Shown: positions 1-10,268, counted from the first letter of the stretch. The stretch: DNA of 64,000 bases from Verrucomicrobiales bacterium (GCA_031411295.1 JANOAV010000021.1:1-64000); one strand, 5' to 3'. Translations and numbers: made by a program. The notes: generated by a model from the letters alone, not told the origin.

Positions 1-137
1 GCCCTGATCAAGGAACGCCCGCCGAGGAGCTGTCCCCGCACCCTGCGCCAACCCGTCAAAGCCTGGCCCAAAACCAAAATCCCCAGCTCCCAACCGCTCG
101 TCAAAACCATCACCATCACCAATCCTTAAAGGCATTG
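1..137 (+). mobile_element. Right end of an IS4-family insertion sequence (transposase C-terminus 1-129 plus terminal inverted repeat about 125-137)
   Basis: Frame +1 reads ALIKERPPRSCPRTLRQPVKAWPKTKIPSSQPLVKTITITNP* (TAA 127-129), a basic 'RSCPR..RQP...WP' tail like IS4-family transposases. It overlaps CTTAAAGGCATTG (reverse complement CAATGCCTTTAAG), which resembles the IS4 terminus TAATGCC...TTAAG. Confidence 0.7.
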
Positions 138-179
138 GCCTAAAGGCGGAACTCCAAACTTCCGGAACTCCAAACTTCC
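138..179. repeat. REP-like half element (GCC-TAAA-GGC hairpin + GGAACTCCAAAC) with a 16-bp tandem duplication CGGAACTCCAAACTTC
   Basis: Hairpin at 138-147; CGGAACTCCAAACTTC at 147-162 and 163-178. The repeat is seen directly; REP identity is inferred. Confidence 0.55.
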
Positions 180-191
180 ACTCACACGCAA

Positions 192-1670
192 ATGAATCCA
201 ACTAACAGACAAAACCCACTCACCATTAGGGCCATCCAGGAGCGCGTGCAGGCGGCTACACTGGCACCCCAACCGCCGCAGCAAGCGCCCCGCTTGGCGC
301 CCGCCGTCATCCCCCCGATTCCCCGCATGGCACCGGTCAAAGCCTCCACTGATTTGACCGCCGATTCAGAGTTGTGCTTCCTAGCGCCCAGCGAGGGGAA
401 TTCCTGGGAGTCAGGGAGCCGGAGCAGCCATACTTTCTCCTCCGTTGCCACTGCCTTAGCGGAGTTATCATTGCTCCAAACCTCGCAGACGCAGATTCCC
501 GCCTCCAAGCGCACCCAGCGGAATCGCCACCTGCGGCCATCCGTGCCAACCGTGGCGCGGCAGAGGGAACTACTGCCCACCCAAGTGGACGGACGTCACC
601 TCACATTCGCGTGCCCGGCCTGTCATTTCCTCATTTCCCTAGCCAAAGCCAAGGCGGGGCAAAAAGCGCGTTGCCCCCAATGCACCTCCGCCATCCGCGC
701 CCCCCAGTTGCAGGCCCAGAGCACGGGATACAACTACGAGCGTTCCGTGGAATCCCTCCTCCACCCAGAACATTTTCTGGCACCGCAACCGACACCCAAA
801 AGCTTCCTGGGCCTGCCGCTACCTAAAGTGCATCATGCCTTCAGCGCAGCGGCCGTGCTGCTCCTGAGCTTCTTTGGATTCCTCCTGGTCAGTTCCGATG
901 AACCCACCAACCAGCACCGCCAAATCATCACCCTAGCCTACGGTGACCGCCCAGCCGGCTTCGATTCCGTGATCCAAGCAGAAAAAATCGTTCAAGCATT
1001 TCTAGCCGCAGACGGATGGGAGCGCAAAGCCCGCTACGTGCGCGATCCCATGCGAGTTGGCAAAATGATGCAGGAATTCTATGCCCGCGAAGCCGGAGGA
1101 GCGGCCCAGTCGTCAGTTAGTGTGACCGCTGCGCCTCCCGCCCACTATTATTTCTCAGAACCATCCTGGAACCTCCAGAGCGTGGTGGAAGTAGAAATGA
1201 AGGACGGAGCCGTGCGGAATTTCCTCGTGGAATTCCTCCCCAGCGGACCGAAAATCGAATGGGAATCCAGCGTGGCCTACGCCCCAGTCTCGTGGGCCAA
1301 GATGGTAGCCGCAGCGCAACCCAATGCCTCCTACCTCCAACGCGTCAGCGTCCGTCTGGACGATTACTACAACCACGAATTCAACGACCGCAGCAAATAC
1401 CTCAGCCTGTATTTGGAAGACCCCACCACCGGAGCCTCGCTAGGAAACGGCTATCTCCTACGCGACTCCGAAGACGCCACCCAAGCCATCCAAGCCTTGG
1501 CCAGCGGCCAACCGAAACATTTACAACGCGTCATGATCGAAGTGCAGCCCCAACCCACCACCGCAAAACACCGCCTCATCCAAATCACCCGTTTCGTGAA
1601 ATCCGGCTTCAGAAGCCCGGCAGAGCAGGGCGGCACCATTCAGGGATCAGGGCAGATCAGTCGGCTCTGA
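192..1670 (+). CDS. Hypothetical membrane-anchored protein with zinc-ribbon (CPAC...CPQC), one TM helix and a periplasmic domain
   Basis: 492-aa ORF: Pro/Ser-rich N-terminus, two CxxC motifs, hydrophobic segment AFSAAAVLLLSFFGFLLVS, globular C-terminus. Confidence 0.75.
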   Translation: MNPTNRQNPLTIRAIQERVQAATLAPQPPQQAPRLAPAVIPPIPRMAPVKASTDLTADSELCFLAPSEGNSWESGSRSSHTFSSVATALAELSLLQTSQTQIPASKRTQRNRHLRPSVPTVARQRELLPTQVDGRHLTFACPACHFLISLAKAKAGQKARCPQCTSAIRAPQLQAQSTGYNYERSVESLLHPEHFLAPQPTPKSFLGLPLPKVHHAFSAAAVLLLSFFGFLLVSSDEPTNQHRQIITLAYGDRPAGFDSVIQAEKIVQAFLAADGWERKARYVRDPMRVGKMMQEFYAREAGGAAQSSVSVTAAPPAHYYFSEPSWNLQSVVEVEMKDGAVRNFLVEFLPSGPKIEWESSVAYAPVSWAKMVAAAQPNASYLQRVSVRLDDYYNHEFNDRSKYLSLYLEDPTTGASLGNGYLLRDSEDATQAIQALASGQPKHLQRVMIEVQPQPTTAKHRLIQITRFVKSGFRSPAEQGGTIQGSGQISRL

Positions 1671-1852
1671 CACAGATCGTTTGCCTGGTGGATCAGAGTC
1701 CCCTGACCACGCAACATCTGACGCACGTTATCATGATTGCCCGCAACCCCGATCACTTGGGCAAACTGAGAGGCAAACACCTGCCAGACCTCCGCCACTT
1801 CTGCCGGAAGTAGAGCTTGGGTTGGCCCACAGCCGGGACGTTGAAAATCGAG
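1640..1852 (-). pseudogene. Possible remnant of a calcineurin-like metallophosphoesterase gene
   Basis: Stop-bounded minus-strand frame contains EVAEVWQVFASQFAQVIGVAGNHD (GNHD at 1741-1730). No start codon or other metallophosphoesterase motifs. Confidence 0.35.
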
Positions 1853-2109
1853 CTATTGGATTCTAATGGCCTTTCTGTTGGATACAAACGTGCTATAGGA
1901 ACTGCGGAAAGGGGCCTCCGCAAATCAGAAGGTCCATACTGGGCTCAAGCAAACCAGCAGGTGCAGCATTTTATCAGCGTGCTTTCGATTGGTGAAATTC
2001 GTAAGTGAATTGAACAGCGTCCATGAGTTCACCAGAAACGCCGTGTGGGAAACGACCCCACCAGAACAAATTCTTGCCAACTGGGTGCTGCGCAGGCTAG
2101 AACAATTAC

Positions 2110-2379
2110 ATGCCAGAAACAGAACCCACTCCCACGAACAAGCCAACGCCCGAGATGTCCCGCATGGAAAGCTTGGGCTACGTTGCAGGGATCTTGCCTT
2201 GGCGGATAATTGGCCTGGTGATTTGCTGGCTGGGTCTGCTGGTCACGGCTGGGATTGGTTGGAGTCTGGCAACCACCAGCAGCAACAGCTATTACGCCGC
2301 AACTACGGGCGGTGGTTTGGGCCTGATCGCATCGGCACTTGCGCTGGCCAGTGGGCTGCATTTTCTGAGGCGGCCTTAG
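2110..2379 (+). CDS. Small hypothetical membrane protein (2 TM)
   Basis: 89-aa ORF with two hydrophobic segments and a basic C-terminus; fills the gap before the convergent gene ending at 2391. Confidence 0.6.
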   Translation: MPETEPTPTNKPTPEMSRMESLGYVAGILPWRIIGLVICWLGLLVTAGIGWSLATTSSNSYYAATTGGGLGLIASALALASGLHFLRRP

Positions 2380-2390
2380 GCAACCGGGTC

Positions 2391-3374
2391 TCACTTGGAC
2401 AGAAAGCGCCGCACGTAGCTGGCCTTCCCTTCGGCATAGGCGATCCAGACGGCGTGGGTGGCGGGATCGCAGGCGATGGTTTTGGCACCGGGATTAGACT
2501 TGATGTTGCCGAGAGATTTGGCTCCAGCGGCTTCGTCCTGGACTACAGAAATTTCGCCTTTGCTGCTGGCGGCGTAAGCGCGCTGGGAGGCGGGATCGAA
2601 GGCCACTTGATCCACGCCACTGGCGATATCCACGGTGTTAATAACTTTGCCTGACGTGGCATCAATGGTGACCATTTTGCCATTGGCTCCGGCACAGAGC
2701 AGGTGATTCGTCTTGGGATTGAGCACCATGCCATGGGGGCGAGTGGCGGGGGCGGTGGGCCACGTGGCTTGGATGGTGTTGGTCTTGGCGTCGATCACGA
2801 CCATGCTGTCGTTGGATTTGATGTTCTGGAACAAACGGTCGGTGGTTGCATCATAGACAACGATTTCTGGTCCTTCGGGGATGGCGATGGTAGCGGTTAC
2901 ACTGTGCTTTTTCATATCCACGACCCACAGGTCCTTACCATCATCATGTCCGACATAAAAGCAGGAATTCTTCGGGTTGAATACGGCGGCATCGGCCTCG
3001 CCTTCCAGTTTGATCTCAGCGGTCTTTGCGAATGACTTGCTATCAATGACGACCACTTTCTTTTCCTTGCTGACGCTGACGTAATATTTCCCTGCGGCGG
3101 GATCCACACCCACATCCTGACATTTCCCGGTGGGCACACTTTTGATCAATTTGCCATCTGCCAAATCAAATACATCGAGACTGTTATTTCCGGTGTGTGC
3201 AGCCAGCAACCGATGGTTGGCTTCGTCAATCTGTAGGAAATCGAAGCTGCCGGTGGTCTGCGGAATCGCGATGGGTGCCTCCGCCGTCAGGGGTGGCTCC
3301 GCTTGCGCGGAGGCAATGCTGAAGAGAAACGGCAGGCAGAAGGCGGAGGCGAGATTGAGTGAGCAGGGTTTCAT
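2391..3374 (-). CDS. YncE/YVTN-type beta-propeller exported protein
   Basis: Signal peptide MKPCSLNLASAFCLPFLFSIASAQA (ATG 3374 preferred over 3428). Repeats such as SLDVFDLADGKLIKSV, KVVVIDSKSFAKTAEI, SMVVIDAKTNTIQATW, PHGMVLNP. Confidence 0.85.
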   Translation of the reverse strand: MKPCSLNLASAFCLPFLFSIASAQAEPPLTAEAPIAIPQTTGSFDFLQIDEANHRLLAAHTGNNSLDVFDLADGKLIKSVPTGKCQDVGVDPAAGKYYVSVSKEKKVVVIDSKSFAKTAEIKLEGEADAAVFNPKNSCFYVGHDDGKDLWVVDMKKHSVTATIAIPEGPEIVVYDATTDRLFQNIKSNDSMVVIDAKTNTIQATWPTAPATRPHGMVLNPKTNHLLCAGANGKMVTIDATSGKVINTVDIASGVDQVAFDPASQRAYAASSKGEISVVQDEAAGAKSLGNIKSNPGAKTIACDPATHAVWIAYAEGKASYVRRFLSK

Positions 3375-3430
3375 GTGGTAGCAAACTAATTGGTGGCTCG
3401 GTGGGATGTCGCCTGAATAACCTGTCATTA

Positions 3431-3450
3431 TCTTAAACGTGGATTTAAGA
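3431..3450. promoter_or_regulatory. Perfect inverted repeat TCTTAAA-N6-TTTAAGA upstream of the YncE-like gene; candidate operator
   Basis: Seen directly in the intergenic region; function inferred. Confidence 0.35.
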
Positions 3451-3523
3451 GTGACACCCCTTGGCTTCGAGTCGAGATCAGCCTAATTTGCCGCGGGCGG
3501 TAGTTACGCTCTGATGCAGGAAA

Positions 3524-4288
3524 TTACTCAAGCTTCACATCCGGATACTTCTTCTGCAGCTCCTCGAATTTCTGCTTTTCCTCGTTAAACCTCTCCTGTT
3601 CGCGTTTCATCCGCTCTTCGCTGCGTTGAACTTTTTTGCGAGCTTCGATGAGGTCTTGTTTGGCCTTTTGCCGTAGCTTCTCCTTTTCGGCATCCAGCTT
3701 GGCTTTCTCCCTGGCATCGAGTTCTGGGAACGCACTGGCTTCGCCCGGCAGGTCGGTGAACACCTTGAAGCGCACGCTGGCTTTTACATCCTGATCCTGT
3801 GGGTTCATGGAATCAATGCTCACTGTGGTGAGAAACTGGGCGTATCCTTCCGGCAGATCGAACTCCAAGACACTGAGCGCACGGACGCCAAAACCGTATT
3901 CCACCGCTTGGCCCAGATGCACCAAGGCCCGGCCCGCCATGGTCTTATTCACCGCCAACGCCCCGCCCTCATTGGCCACGGCAACGGGTGTTAGTTCGGT
4001 GAGCCGCTTCATCCCTGCCGGCCCCACCAGGCGTGGCTCCAACCAGGTGGCTGTGTTATCCATGGCGTATTTCTCCGATGGGATGACCGTGAGATATAAT
4101 TTCTTAGCCCCCACCACAGAGCCGCTGAGATCAGCGGTGCGACCGCCCACCTTACGGCTCATGACCCCCGTGGAGGCGATGGGATTGTGCCCCGGCAATT
4201 TCACCACCGGCCCGGCTGCTTCCTGAGCCCAGGCGCAGTCCATCGTCAGGGCCACCAACAGAGAGAACCTAACGGCAGAAAATCTCAT
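3524..4288 (-). CDS. Exported NPCBM/NEW2-domain protein with C-terminal coiled coil
   Basis: Signal peptide; GAKKLYLTV..ATWLEPRL and GFGVRALSVLEFDLPEGYAQF..ASVRFKVF match the NPCBM/NEW2 pattern; E/K/R-rich helical tail. Confidence 0.75.
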   Translation of the reverse strand: MRFSAVRFSLLVALTMDCAWAQEAAGPVVKLPGHNPIASTGVMSRKVGGRTADLSGSVVGAKKLYLTVIPSEKYAMDNTATWLEPRLVGPAGMKRLTELTPVAVANEGGALAVNKTMAGRALVHLGQAVEYGFGVRALSVLEFDLPEGYAQFLTTVSIDSMNPQDQDVKASVRFKVFTDLPGEASAFPELDAREKAKLDAEKEKLRQKAKQDLIEARKKVQRSEERMKREQERFNEEKQKFEELQKKYPDVKLE

Positions 4289-4303
4289 CGTCGGAAGGGG
4301 TGG

Positions 4304-5272
4304 CTATTTTTGCGGTTTACCAGACTTGTCGGATTTTTCAGCCTTTTCGCCTTTGGTGATCAAGTTCAATAGGCCAGTGGCCTTGGCTTCCAGATTCTGC
4401 ACATCCTCCTTGGACAGCGGCTTGCCTTCCGGAAGGTTCACAATGGTATCAATCTCCGCCAAGCCTTGGCGCAATGCCACCATGTGCTCCAATCTCATCA
4501 CACTTGGATTCAGATTCTCCAGCGTATAAGCAAAATATTCCGCAATGTCATGCCGCCCCAACACTTTGGCCTTTTCTCCGGAAAATGGGGTCAGGCTGGT
4601 GGTGCTGGCGATTTGCAGGCCCCGCAACCAGCCCCCGAGGCTGATGAGATGCACCATGTCCAAGTCGCGCAGCAAGACCATTTCGTGCTTCACCTCACGC
4701 TGGGTGCTGGCCAAATCTGATTTCAATTCTTTCCAGTCCCCCAGGGCACTGTTTTCTAAAATGGATTTCGTGCGTTCCGCTACTTTGGAACCGGCCCCCA
4801 GCACTTTGGCGTGCTTTAAAATTGCCCGCCCAATGTCTTCCAAATCAGACACCTTCTCCGACTGCACGGAAAGAAATCCATCCCCGATGAGCATTCCCAG
4901 ATTCAGGGCGATGAGCGTGCGATCACTGGACATTCCCTTGGGGATTGTGCGCTTCAGGTTGTCATAGGGCAGGGTGCCGAGCGATTCCAGATCCTCGAAA
5001 ATTTTCTTGATCGAGGGAGTCGTCAATTCGCTGACCCCAAACTCTTCCTGCACATGCTCGTCGTCCAGTAAATCCTCCGGCACCGATCCCTTGGGCCGTT
5101 CTTCAACGCCTTCGGGCCTGGCGAAGGGATCCTTTTTCACCGCCCCAGGAGCAGCTGGCGTGGCTAGCGCGGCCGCAGTCTGCTTGGCAGGAGTTTCCTG
5201 CGCCACCGTCGGCAAAGACAACGAGAACGCCAGCAGCGGGCTGAGGTAGAGGGGGAGCAGGTTCCGGTTCAT
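4304..5272 (-). CDS. Exported hypothetical protein, mostly helical
   Basis: Signal peptide MNRNLLPLYLSPLLAFSLSLPTVA-QE (ATG 5272); long ORF co-oriented with pheS. Confidence 0.75.
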   Translation of the reverse strand: MNRNLLPLYLSPLLAFSLSLPTVAQETPAKQTAAALATPAAPGAVKKDPFARPEGVEERPKGSVPEDLLDDEHVQEEFGVSELTTPSIKKIFEDLESLGTLPYDNLKRTIPKGMSSDRTLIALNLGMLIGDGFLSVQSEKVSDLEDIGRAILKHAKVLGAGSKVAERTKSILENSALGDWKELKSDLASTQREVKHEMVLLRDLDMVHLISLGGWLRGLQIASTTSLTPFSGEKAKVLGRHDIAEYFAYTLENLNPSVMRLEHMVALRQGLAEIDTIVNLPEGKPLSKEDVQNLEAKATGLLNLITKGEKAEKSDKSGKPQK

Positions 5273-5426
5273 AGGTGATCGTGAAATGGCTGACAAAGAT
5301 GGGTTCAGCCATACTATGGGAGCAAGTTCTGGGATTTCGAGCGGAGAAATTAAAGATTTTTGCGGGAGGCTGCTTTTGACGACTCTATGGATAGTTAACT
5401 ATCCGCCGGTGCAAACCTGCGTTGCT

Positions 5427-6443
5427 TCAAGCAAATTGTGCCAGGAACCTGGCATCGTTCTCAATCAGGTGCCGGATATCGCCAATGCCCCACTGGGTCA
5501 TGGCAAGGCGTTCCAAGCCCATCCCAAAGGCGAATCCCGTCACTTTGTCAGGATGGTAAACCTCATCGCCCCGTTTCTCACAGATCGCGCTGAACACCGC
5601 TGGATCCACCATGCCGCAGCCGAGAATCTCCACCCAGCGCGGAGCTTGATTTGTGGCGTGGAGCAATACATCCACCTCGTAGCTCGGTTCGGTGAAGGGG
5701 AAAAAGTGGGGGCGGAAACGGATTTCCGTTTTGGGCCCCAGCAATTGACGGAAGAAGAGTTCCAACGTGCCTTTGAGGTCGGCCAGACTCACTTTCTCCG
5801 CGACATACAATCCTTCCAGCTGGGTGAATGCGCTGAGGTGAGTAGCATCGATCTCATCCCGTCGGAACGCACTCCCGGGCGCAATGATCCGAATCGGTGG
5901 CGTCTGGCTCGTCATCGTGCGCACTTGGACGCTGCTGGTATGAGTCCGCAAGAGCAGGCCGGAATCAAAATAAAAGGTATCACTTTCGTTGCGCGCAGGA
6001 TGGTCCGCAGGCGTATTCAGCGCGTCGAAACAATGCCACTCCGTTTCCACCTCCGGACCGGTAGCGAGGGCGAAACCCATGCGACGCAGGATCTGCACCG
6101 CCTTGTCCAGCACCTGGGTCATCGGATGCAGCGCCCCGATGGGGGCGGATCGAGCCGGCAGGGTGAGATCCACCTTGGCGGCCTCAGTTGCTTCCGCTGC
6201 GGCAACGAGATCCGCTTTCTTTGCTTCCAACGCTGCGGTGATTCCCGTGCGGGCTTCGTTGAGCTTTGCTCCGACGGCTCCTTTTTGATCTGCCGGAACA
6301 TCGCGCATCCCACCGCTGAGAACCGTCACCGAGCCCTTCTTGCCCAGATATTTCAGACGCAATTCCTCCAAACCAGCGTCGGTAGAGACACTGGGAATTT
6401 CGGCTAGGGCTTCGCGCAGAAGGGAATCAAGTTGGGCTATCAT
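5427..6443 (-). CDS. pheS: Phenylalanine--tRNA ligase alpha subunit
   Basis: LRLKYLGKKG, HP, FDALNTPADHPAR, LLRTHTSSVQVR, FRRDEIDATH, RFRPHFFPFTEPS, EILGCGMV, GFAFGMGLERLAM. Start probably ATG 6443. Confidence 0.98.
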   Translation of the reverse strand: MIAQLDSLLREALAEIPSVSTDAGLEELRLKYLGKKGSVTVLSGGMRDVPADQKGAVGAKLNEARTGITAALEAKKADLVAAAEATEAAKVDLTLPARSAPIGALHPMTQVLDKAVQILRRMGFALATGPEVETEWHCFDALNTPADHPARNESDTFYFDSGLLLRTHTSSVQVRTMTSQTPPIRIIAPGSAFRRDEIDATHLSAFTQLEGLYVAEKVSLADLKGTLELFFRQLLGPKTEIRFRPHFFPFTEPSYEVDVLLHATNQAPRWVEILGCGMVDPAVFSAICEKRGDEVYHPDKVTGFAFGMGLERLAMTQWGIGDIRHLIENDARFLAQFA

Positions 6444-6636
6444 GGTGGCCGGGATTGTAGGGTTGGTCCGCTCGCTGGCAAGTGGTTTGAACGTCACCAC
6501 GTGTGACTCGCTCATGGGTCGGGCCCGAGCGGGAGAAACCTCATTACCTTGAATTTCCTAGCCTTCGCCAAACAGCCACAACCGATACCTCGCAGCCACC
6601 ACTATCCGTTCCTCCGGGTCTTGGAAGACCCTGCCC

Positions 6637-9600
6637 TCAATCCTTTGGATCCGGGGTCCCACGATCCAGTAATCTGATCGCCAAACTCCGCCAGGGGCTG
6701 GCAGCAGGCTCATCACGGATGGCGTTGAGGGTCTGCTGGTAGCGGGAGACGATCTGCAATATTTTGGCTTGGTCGTTCTCGTAATCGGCAAACGTTAGCA
6801 TTTCCGTAAGGTCCACCAACCAGTCTGGAGGGCGCGGAGGAAAGTTGGGCACGTCCCAAATGCGGGCGGCGGCGTCTTGGGAGCACACCAGGATTCGTTG
6901 GCCATCGGGCGAAAATGTCGCGTTGCTGACCGCTCCGGGAGACGGTAACTCCTCCGTTAAGGCCAGTCCGGTGGCCACCGCCCAGAGCCTCACTGTGCCG
7001 TCAGCACAAGCGGTGAGGAGGCGCATTCCATCCGGGCTGAATCTCACCTGGTGCACCTGATCTTGATGCAGCATGATCGGGGCGGCAAGTTGTCCCGTTT
7101 TTAAGCTCCAAAGTCGGCATTGATGATCGGTTGAAGCGGTCGCCAGCAGGGAACCATCTGGGCTAAAAGCAACGCAGCGCACGCTAGCATGATGGCGAAA
7201 TACTTGTCCCGTGGCTTGGCCATTTTGGCCATTCCAAACGCGTGCGGTATTGTCGTTACCAGCCGTTGCTACCAGTGCACCATCGGGGCTGAAGCTCCCC
7301 CCATAAATGTCGTCACTATGCCCATTCAATTCCCCCAGCACGGTTCCGGTCTCTGCGTCGCGCAGCTTGGCTTCGTAGGGGTGCTCATCTTCGGCTCCGC
7401 TGGCGGCAATGGTGAGCAACCGCTTGCCGTCCGGGGAGAATTGCACCGTAATGGCGCTCAGCTCAGGTTTATGAGGGAGGATGGGTGCAAATAAAAGCTT
7501 CTCGGCTTCGGGAGTTCGCGTATCCCACACATAGAAGCGGCCGTCCACCGTGCCGGCAGCATAGCGACTGCCATCCGAATTGTAAGCGCCACATTTTTGC
7601 CGTCCACCTGCTTCCAGCGCATACGTCGCCCGATTTGGCATCCCGGGGGTTAAGGCCTTGAGACGCGCTCCCGCCGCCTCGCTCGCTACTAGCAAACCGT
7701 CTCCGTGTGGATGAAAGATCGCGAAGCTGGGGACGGAGCGATGTTTGTTGGACACCATGGCAGTTCCGGTCTGGGCGTTCCAGACCGTAGTCGTCTGATC
7801 GTCAGAGGTGGTGGCTACTTGCTTTCCGTCAGGACTCCACACGGCAGAGGTGACGGTTTTCTGATGGGCCAAATGCCATAGGCGAGGCACTGAAGGGAGG
7901 ATATTCCATCGCTCCACCACCCCGGATGCTCCCGCCGTATAGAGCGTGTGATGATCTGGCGTAAAGACCGCAGCGTTGACCCGCTCCCCGTGCTGGAGCG
8001 GCTGGGCCAAGGCCCGGCCGGTGTGAGCATCCCAAAGTCGGGCGGTCCCATCGCTTGATACGGTGCAAATGAAGGACTCCGCTGCGGGATCAAATTGAGC
8101 ACTCCTGACCTCATCCTCATGGGACATGACCCGGCCGAGGAAGTCACCCTCCTGGGTCTTCCAGAGTCGTGTTACTTTGGCTTTGGTGGCGGTTAAAAGG
8201 CGCGTTGCGTGAGGAGAGAATTGCAGGGAGCTTACTTCTGAACCGAGCCGACCCTTCCAAAGTGCCGGAGCTGCTTTGGCGGTAGCAAACACCCCCACCT
8301 CGCCAGCGAAACTACCTGCTGCCAGCAGGCTGTTATCTTCTGAGAATGCCAACTGACCGACAGTTGCTGAGAACGGGGGGAGCATGCACCGCAGTTTACG
8401 AGTAGGCAGTTCCCAGAGGAAAATGGTCCCATTCATGCTCGTGGCTGCGAGCGTTCCGTCCACGCTCATGGCTCCGGCAAACAAGGGACCCGGATGCTGA
8501 AGTGCGGGCAAACTTTCCTCACCCGTGGCGGCATCCCAAAAATGGGCCTCATCCTCACTGCCGAGAGTGAGGATGAATCTTCCATCCGGGGTGAAGCTGG
8601 CGACGTGCACCCAACCGGGATGCTGGAGGGGAGGAAAGACCAATTCCGCATCAGCCACCTTCCAATGAAAGAGCTTTCCGTTGGGATTGGGATGCCAGGC
8701 ACAAAAATGGCTGCCATCGGGGCTGAGGATGAAGTGACTGACATATTCATCACCAATCGAAAAGCGCCGGATTTCCTGACCGGATTCAGCATCCCGCAAG
8801 ACCGCTCCCCGACAGGTGCAGACCAAGATCGATTTCCCCTGCTCCAAGAGAAACAACTTCAAGATTTCTTCCTTCTCGATGATGGGCCACAGCACGGGCA
8901 TGGCCACACCGCCGTGCCAGAAGGCGGAAGCTAGGCGAGGCCCCGCCACGGGATGATCCGGCGTGCGACGTAAAATTTTTCCCAAAATTTCCAAGCCCCG
9001 ATCGCGCTCACTGGTGCGAAACCACTCTTCCGCGCGCTCCAAATCAGTGGTATCCAGAAGATCCCGTGATCGCTGGTTCGCCTGGTCTAGTTCCCTGGAG
9101 CGGGTCTCCGCCAGGATCTTGGCCGCGGATTCATTCTGGCGGGCGCTTAATTCTTGGCGGCGTGCTTGATCGATCAAAATGAACGCAGCCACCGTGACTA
9201 GCAGGATGACCGCAAGCAGAGTTGCAATGAACGGGCGACGTTTCATCCATCGCCAAGCCTGCTCCGGTAAGGAGACGGGGCGTGCCAGAATGGGGCGTTG
9301 CGTCAAATAAAGTTGCAGGTCGTTCGCCAGCGCCTGCGCGCTCGGGTAGCGTTTCCCGGGGTCGCGCGCCAGGCCTTTCAAACAAATAGTTTCCAGATCC
9401 CGCGGCACCGTGGGGTTGAGGCGCCTGGGGGGGACTGGCTCATTTTCCCGCAATTGCACCAGAATGGCGTCCAACGTCGGGCCTTGAAATGGCGGGCGTC
9501 CGGTGAGCAAATGATAGAGAATGCTGGCCAGCCCATAGACATCGGTCCTGGCATCAGCCAATCCCTGCAATCCCTGTTCTGGAGCGGTGTAGCCGGGAGA

Positions 9601-10263
9601 TCCCAGCATTTGCCCAGTAGCTGTTTGGGTGGGGGCGGCCTCGCCTCCACGGCGGGCAATTCCGAAGTCGGTGACCCGTGGTTTACCCTCGGCATCGAGG
9701 ATGACATTGGAGGGTTTCAGATCGCGATGCAGCACGCCATGCTGATGCGCATGCGCCACCGCTTCGGCAATGTCTTGCACCATTAGGGCAGCGGCCTTGG
9801 CATCCAAAGGTTGCTGCCGGACCAATTCCTCCAAATTTCGTCCTGGCACCAACTCCATGGAATACCAGCAGACGCCCTGTTCCTCCCCCACATCATGAAT
9901 CGTCACGATGCCGGGATGCTGCAACTGGGCCACGGTTTCCGCCTCCGCTTGGAAACGCCGCCGCGCTTTGGCATCCGCCAGTTCACCTCCACGCAGCACC
10001 TTCACAGCCACCCATCGCGCCAAGCGCCGATGTCTCCCTCGATAAACGATGCCCATGCCCCCGCGGCCCAGTTCTTCGTAAATTTCGTAGTCCTCCAGGA
10101 TGGTCCACGGGGCAGTTGATGAAGACGGAGGAGTGGGGGGCATTTCCTCCTCCGTGAGCAAGGACAGGCGCACCAGACATTGCGGGCAATGGCCCACAGG
10201 ACTGACTGAAAGCAGGGGCGTGCCGCAATCAGGGCAGGGCAAAACTGGAGAAGGAGTGGGCAT
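6637..10263 (-). CDS. Hanks-type Ser/Thr kinase with N-terminal zinc ribbon, TM helix and extracytoplasmic WD40 repeats
   Basis: CPDC..CPQC; LGRGGMGIVY, VAVKVL, HRDLKPSN, DFG, GSPGYTAPE, DVYGL; TM FIATLLAVILLVTVAAFILI; many H..V..FSPDG..LATAS.D.T.RLW repeats. Confidence 0.95.
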   Translation of the reverse strand: MPTPSPVLPCPDCGTPLLSVSPVGHCPQCLVRLSLLTEEEMPPTPPSSSTAPWTILEDYEIYEELGRGGMGIVYRGRHRRLARWVAVKVLRGGELADAKARRRFQAEAETVAQLQHPGIVTIHDVGEEQGVCWYSMELVPGRNLEELVRQQPLDAKAAALMVQDIAEAVAHAHQHGVLHRDLKPSNVILDAEGKPRVTDFGIARRGGEAAPTQTATGQMLGSPGYTAPEQGLQGLADARTDVYGLASILYHLLTGRPPFQGPTLDAILVQLRENEPVPPRRLNPTVPRDLETICLKGLARDPGKRYPSAQALANDLQLYLTQRPILARPVSLPEQAWRWMKRRPFIATLLAVILLVTVAAFILIDQARRQELSARQNESAAKILAETRSRELDQANQRSRDLLDTTDLERAEEWFRTSERDRGLEILGKILRRTPDHPVAGPRLASAFWHGGVAMPVLWPIIEKEEILKLFLLEQGKSILVCTCRGAVLRDAESGQEIRRFSIGDEYVSHFILSPDGSHFCAWHPNPNGKLFHWKVADAELVFPPLQHPGWVHVASFTPDGRFILTLGSEDEAHFWDAATGEESLPALQHPGPLFAGAMSVDGTLAATSMNGTIFLWELPTRKLRCMLPPFSATVGQLAFSEDNSLLAAGSFAGEVGVFATAKAAPALWKGRLGSEVSSLQFSPHATRLLTATKAKVTRLWKTQEGDFLGRVMSHEDEVRSAQFDPAAESFICTVSSDGTARLWDAHTGRALAQPLQHGERVNAAVFTPDHHTLYTAGASGVVERWNILPSVPRLWHLAHQKTVTSAVWSPDGKQVATTSDDQTTTVWNAQTGTAMVSNKHRSVPSFAIFHPHGDGLLVASEAAGARLKALTPGMPNRATYALEAGGRQKCGAYNSDGSRYAAGTVDGRFYVWDTRTPEAEKLLFAPILPHKPELSAITVQFSPDGKRLLTIAASGAEDEHPYEAKLRDAETGTVLGELNGHSDDIYGGSFSPDGALVATAGNDNTARVWNGQNGQATGQVFRHHASVRCVAFSPDGSLLATASTDHQCRLWSLKTGQLAAPIMLHQDQVHQVRFSPDGMRLLTACADGTVRLWAVATGLALTEELPSPGAVSNATFSPDGQRILVCSQDAAARIWDVPNFPPRPPDWLVDLTEMLTFADYENDQAKILQIVSRYQQTLNAIRDEPAASPWRSLAIRLLDRGTPDPKD

Positions 10264-10268
10264 TATTT

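Noticed and set aside
1989..2654. 221-aa plus-strand ORF
   Set aside because: Overlaps the small membrane gene and the antisense of the YncE-like gene; no protein-like features.
5286..6407. 373-aa plus-strand ORF
   Set aside because: Antisense shadow of pheS with no recognisable motifs; typical of GC-rich DNA.
5427..6443. pheS without an adjacent pheT
   Set aside because: Split pheS/pheT occurs in many lineages; not informative alone.
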